A stretch of DNA of 64,000 nt from Planctomycetota bacterium. GTDB lineage: Bacteria; Planctomycetota; Planctomycetia; Pirellulales; Lacipirellulaceae. The notes beneath the pieces are model-generated. The model ran no database searches, was not told the origin of the DNA, and saw only the letters and a program-made list of their open reading frames with translations. Each line of letters opens with the position of its first letter. Positions within the stretch are counted from its first letter, which is position 1. The translations under genes and the position numbers were made by a program. Of the stretch, positions 61,983 to 64,000 are shown piece by piece. The stretch is from NCBI GenBank assembly GCA_039414355.1, contig JBCDJN010000002.1:42443-106442 (forward strand), given 5' to 3'.

Positions 61983-64000
61983 ATGAGTGACACGCCGACG
62001 CCGTCGCCCGATTCCTCTGAGCTGCCAACCCTGGACCAGCCGCCCGGCACCGCCGGCGAAGACCTGCCCACCCTCGCGGCCAAGTCTGGATCGATTGAAG
62101 CTGTCGGCGAGGAAGGCGAGTTCCCTAAGCGGTTTGGCGACTACGAGCTTCTGGGCGAGATCGCCCGCGGCGGCATGGGCGTGGTCTACCGTGCGAATCA
62201 GGTCAGCTTGAGCCGGCCGGTTGCGCTCAAGATGATCCTGGCGGGCGACTTCGCCTCGTCGATCGAGGTGCAGCGCTTCCACGCCGAAGCGGAGGCGGCC
62301 GCGGGGCTCGACCACTCGGGCATCGTGCCCATCTACGACATCGGTCGCGAAGAGGGCCGCCACTACTTCTCGATGAAACTCATTGACGGCGAGTCGCTCT
62401 CCCGAGCGGCCCGGAGCGTGGCGGGGGACCAGCGCGCGGCGGCCGAGCTGATGGTGAAGATCGCCGGCGCCATCCACCACGCGCACCAGCGGGGCATCCT
62501 CCACCGCGACCTGAAGCCGGGCAACATCCTCATCGATGGCGAGGGCGAGCCCCACGTCACGGACTTCGGCCTCGCCCGGCAGGTAGAGTCCGAAAGCGAC
62601 CTCACCCGCACCGGCGCCGTTCTCGGCACACCCGCCTACATGCCGCCGGAACAGGCCCAGGGTGACCGACAGATCACCACCGCGGCGGACATCTACAGCC
62701 TGGGCGCCATCCTCTACGAACTGCTCACCGGCCGGCCGCCGTTCAAGGCGAAGAACGCGGTGGAAACCGTTCTTCAAGTCATCAGCGAGCCGCCCAAGCC
62801 GCCGCGTGAGATCAACGCATCCATCGATCGCACGCTGGAGCTGATCTGCCTGAAGTGCCTTGCAAAGGACCCGGCGGAGCGCTACGGATCGGCCGAGGCG
62901 CTGGGGTCCGACCTGCAAGCGTGGCTCGCCGGCGAGCCGGTGAGCGTCCGCCCACCGTCGGCGGCGGCGCTGGCACGGATGTGGCTCCGCCAGAACTTCG
63001 GCGGCGCCGCGTGGATGCTGGTGCTGGGCGTTGCGTTTGGGGTGGCGCTGGGAGTCGTTGTCTGGTTTGCCACGATTCAAACCAACATCCCCGGACTGAG
63101 CACCGTTTACGACCGGCTGCCCAGCGTCGATCGGCCGTGGATGATGCGGCTGAATTGGGAGTTCTCCGACGCGCAGCGGGTTGTCTTGATCAGCGCCGGG
63201 TTCATCCTCTTCGGCTACCTGGGGCTGGCGACATCGCTCGCCGTCCGGCCCAAGAACCGCAGCGCCGACTTCGTCTGCGGCTTGGTGACATCGGGCGTCG
63301 CAGGCCTCGCCCTCTTCGCATCGCTGTTCAGTCACATGAGCGCGATCGGGGGCGTCAGCGAAGTCGAACCGTTGTTGTTGATGCGCGCCGCCGCGGACCC
63401 CAAAGACGGCGCGGCAGCGATGCTTGAGCAATTCCCCGACTTGGCGGACGTGCCCGAGGCGGACCGGCCCGAGTTGCTGTACCAGAAGTTCCTGGCAGAG
63501 TGCATCTCCAGAATTCCCGTCATGGTCTGGGCCGGCATGGCGCTGAGCCTGGCGATGAGCTTGGTCTGCTGCCTAGCGCAAACGGTGTTCGCCGGACCCA
63601 TCGTGCGTCGTACCCGCCGGGCGTGGTGGGCCTTGCTGCTCTACTCAGAGATCGCAGTGCCGGTCACCCTCCTCTCAATCCTGCTCGCAATGTACGTGTT
63701 GGCGCCGATCACGGTCTCGATTCACTCGGCGGTCGTCAACGGGACTCGGCTTGCGGCGCTCGTCGCGTTGCTCGTGCTCGGCGCCGTCGCGGCGTGGCGA
63801 CAATCGCCGGGCTGGTTGCGGGCGCCGCTGTTGGTGGCCTGGGCCGGCGTGGCGGTGTTGTTTCTCCGCTACGACTTCACCCTTGCAAACGGTGTCGGGA
63901 CCAAGGTGCACAACGCGAGCGTCGCCCTGCAACTCCTCGACGCCAATCCTGACGACGCCGGCCTGGCCATCGACGCCAGCCAGAAACTTGCGTGGGTTGG
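61983..64000 (+). CDS. Ser/Thr protein kinase fused to a polytopic membrane region (3' end beyond the window)
   Basis: This ORF is not in the supplied track because it has no stop inside the window. Reading from the ATG at 61983 gives ...FGDYELLGEIARGGMGVVYRA...VALKMI...HRDLKPGNILID...DFGLAR...GTPAYMPPEQ, followed by several hydrophobic helices. Confidence 0.88.
   Translation, partial: MSDTPTPSPDSSELPTLDQPPGTAGEDLPTLAAKSGSIEAVGEEGEFPKRFGDYELLGEIARGGMGVVYRANQVSLSRPVALKMILAGDFASSIEVQRFHAEAEAAAGLDHSGIVPIYDIGREEGRHYFSMKLIDGESLSRAARSVAGDQRAAAELMVKIAGAIHHAHQRGILHRDLKPGNILIDGEGEPHVTDFGLARQVESESDLTRTGAVLGTPAYMPPEQAQGDRQITTAADIYSLGAILYELLTGRPPFKAKNAVETVLQVISEPPKPPREINASIDRTLELICLKCLAKDPAERYGSAEALGSDLQAWLAGEPVSVRPPSAAALARMWLRQNFGGAAWMLVLGVAFGVALGVVVWFATIQTNIPGLSTVYDRLPSVDRPWMMRLNWEFSDAQRVVLISAGFILFGYLGLATSLAVRPKNRSADFVCGLVTSGVAGLALFASLFSHMSAIGGVSEVEPLLLMRAAADPKDGAAAMLEQFPDLADVPEADRPELLYQKFLAECISRIPVMVWAGMALSLAMSLVCCLAQTVFAGPIVRRTRRAWWALLLYSEIAVPVTLLSILLAMYVLAPITVSIHSAVVNGTRLAALVALLVLGAVAAWRQSPGWLRAPLLVAWAGVAVLFLRYDFTLANGVGTKVHNASVALQLLDANPDDAGLAIDASQKLAWV

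Noticed and set aside
61968-63431. 487-aa minus-strand ORF
   Set aside because: It is antisense to a plus-strand Ser/Thr kinase with all catalytic subdomains. That kinase is missing from the track only because it has no stop inside the window.
1-64000. CRISPR arrays, IS elements, integrases, prophage genes, rRNA and tRNA genes
   Set aside because: I looked for regularly spaced direct repeats, DDE or tyrosine-recombinase motifs and tRNA T-loops on both strands and found none.

Overview
This is a high-GC bacterial chromosome segment, roughly two-thirds G+C by eye. Its gene content is typical of Planctomycetota, Pirellulales-like. Markers are two DUF1559 proteins with prepilin-type N-termini, a PSCyt1/DUF1549/DUF1553 plus DUF1501 gene pair, three secreted proteins ending in a dockerin-like repeat plus PEP-CTERM anchor, and two Hanks-type Ser/Thr kinases. 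I support about 45 CDSs. Recognisable housekeeping genes are putA, hisI, an inositol monophosphatase, an LL-DAP-type aminotransferase, a radical SAM enzyme, Ni-superoxide dismutase, kdsD, kdsC, sthA, a fatty-acid desaturase, L-fuconate dehydratase and an FAH-family hydrolase. I recognised no rRNA, tRNA, CRISPR array, transposase or integrase. The window is mostly core genome, punctuated by small lower-GC islets.

The observations most worth a second look:
1. An eight-gene co-directional MoxR module of unknown function at 13.6-21.7 kb (RDD, SpoIIM-like, TM, DUF4129, DUF4350, small TM, MoxR, DUF58).
2. A two-gene operon at 23.8-33.7 kb encoding 1144-aa and 2137-aa unannotatable envelope proteins. 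They look like three tandem paralogous modules, two of them fused.
3. A 1057-aa membrane-anchored protein with repeated OstA/LptA-like strands in the lptC/lptA position after kdsD-kdsC.
4. A roughly 565-bp lower-GC islet bounded by 42-bp G-quadruplex-capable inverted repeats. It carries a ClpX-type zinc-ribbon mini-ORF.
5. An orphan minus-strand intrinsic terminator at 22.4 kb, implying an unannotated leader or sRNA.
6. A 141-bp heptad-repeat palindromic element between fucD and the FAH gene.
7. A Ni-SOD whose propeptide looks like an export signal.

Functional calls rest on motifs read from the translations. No database search was possible.
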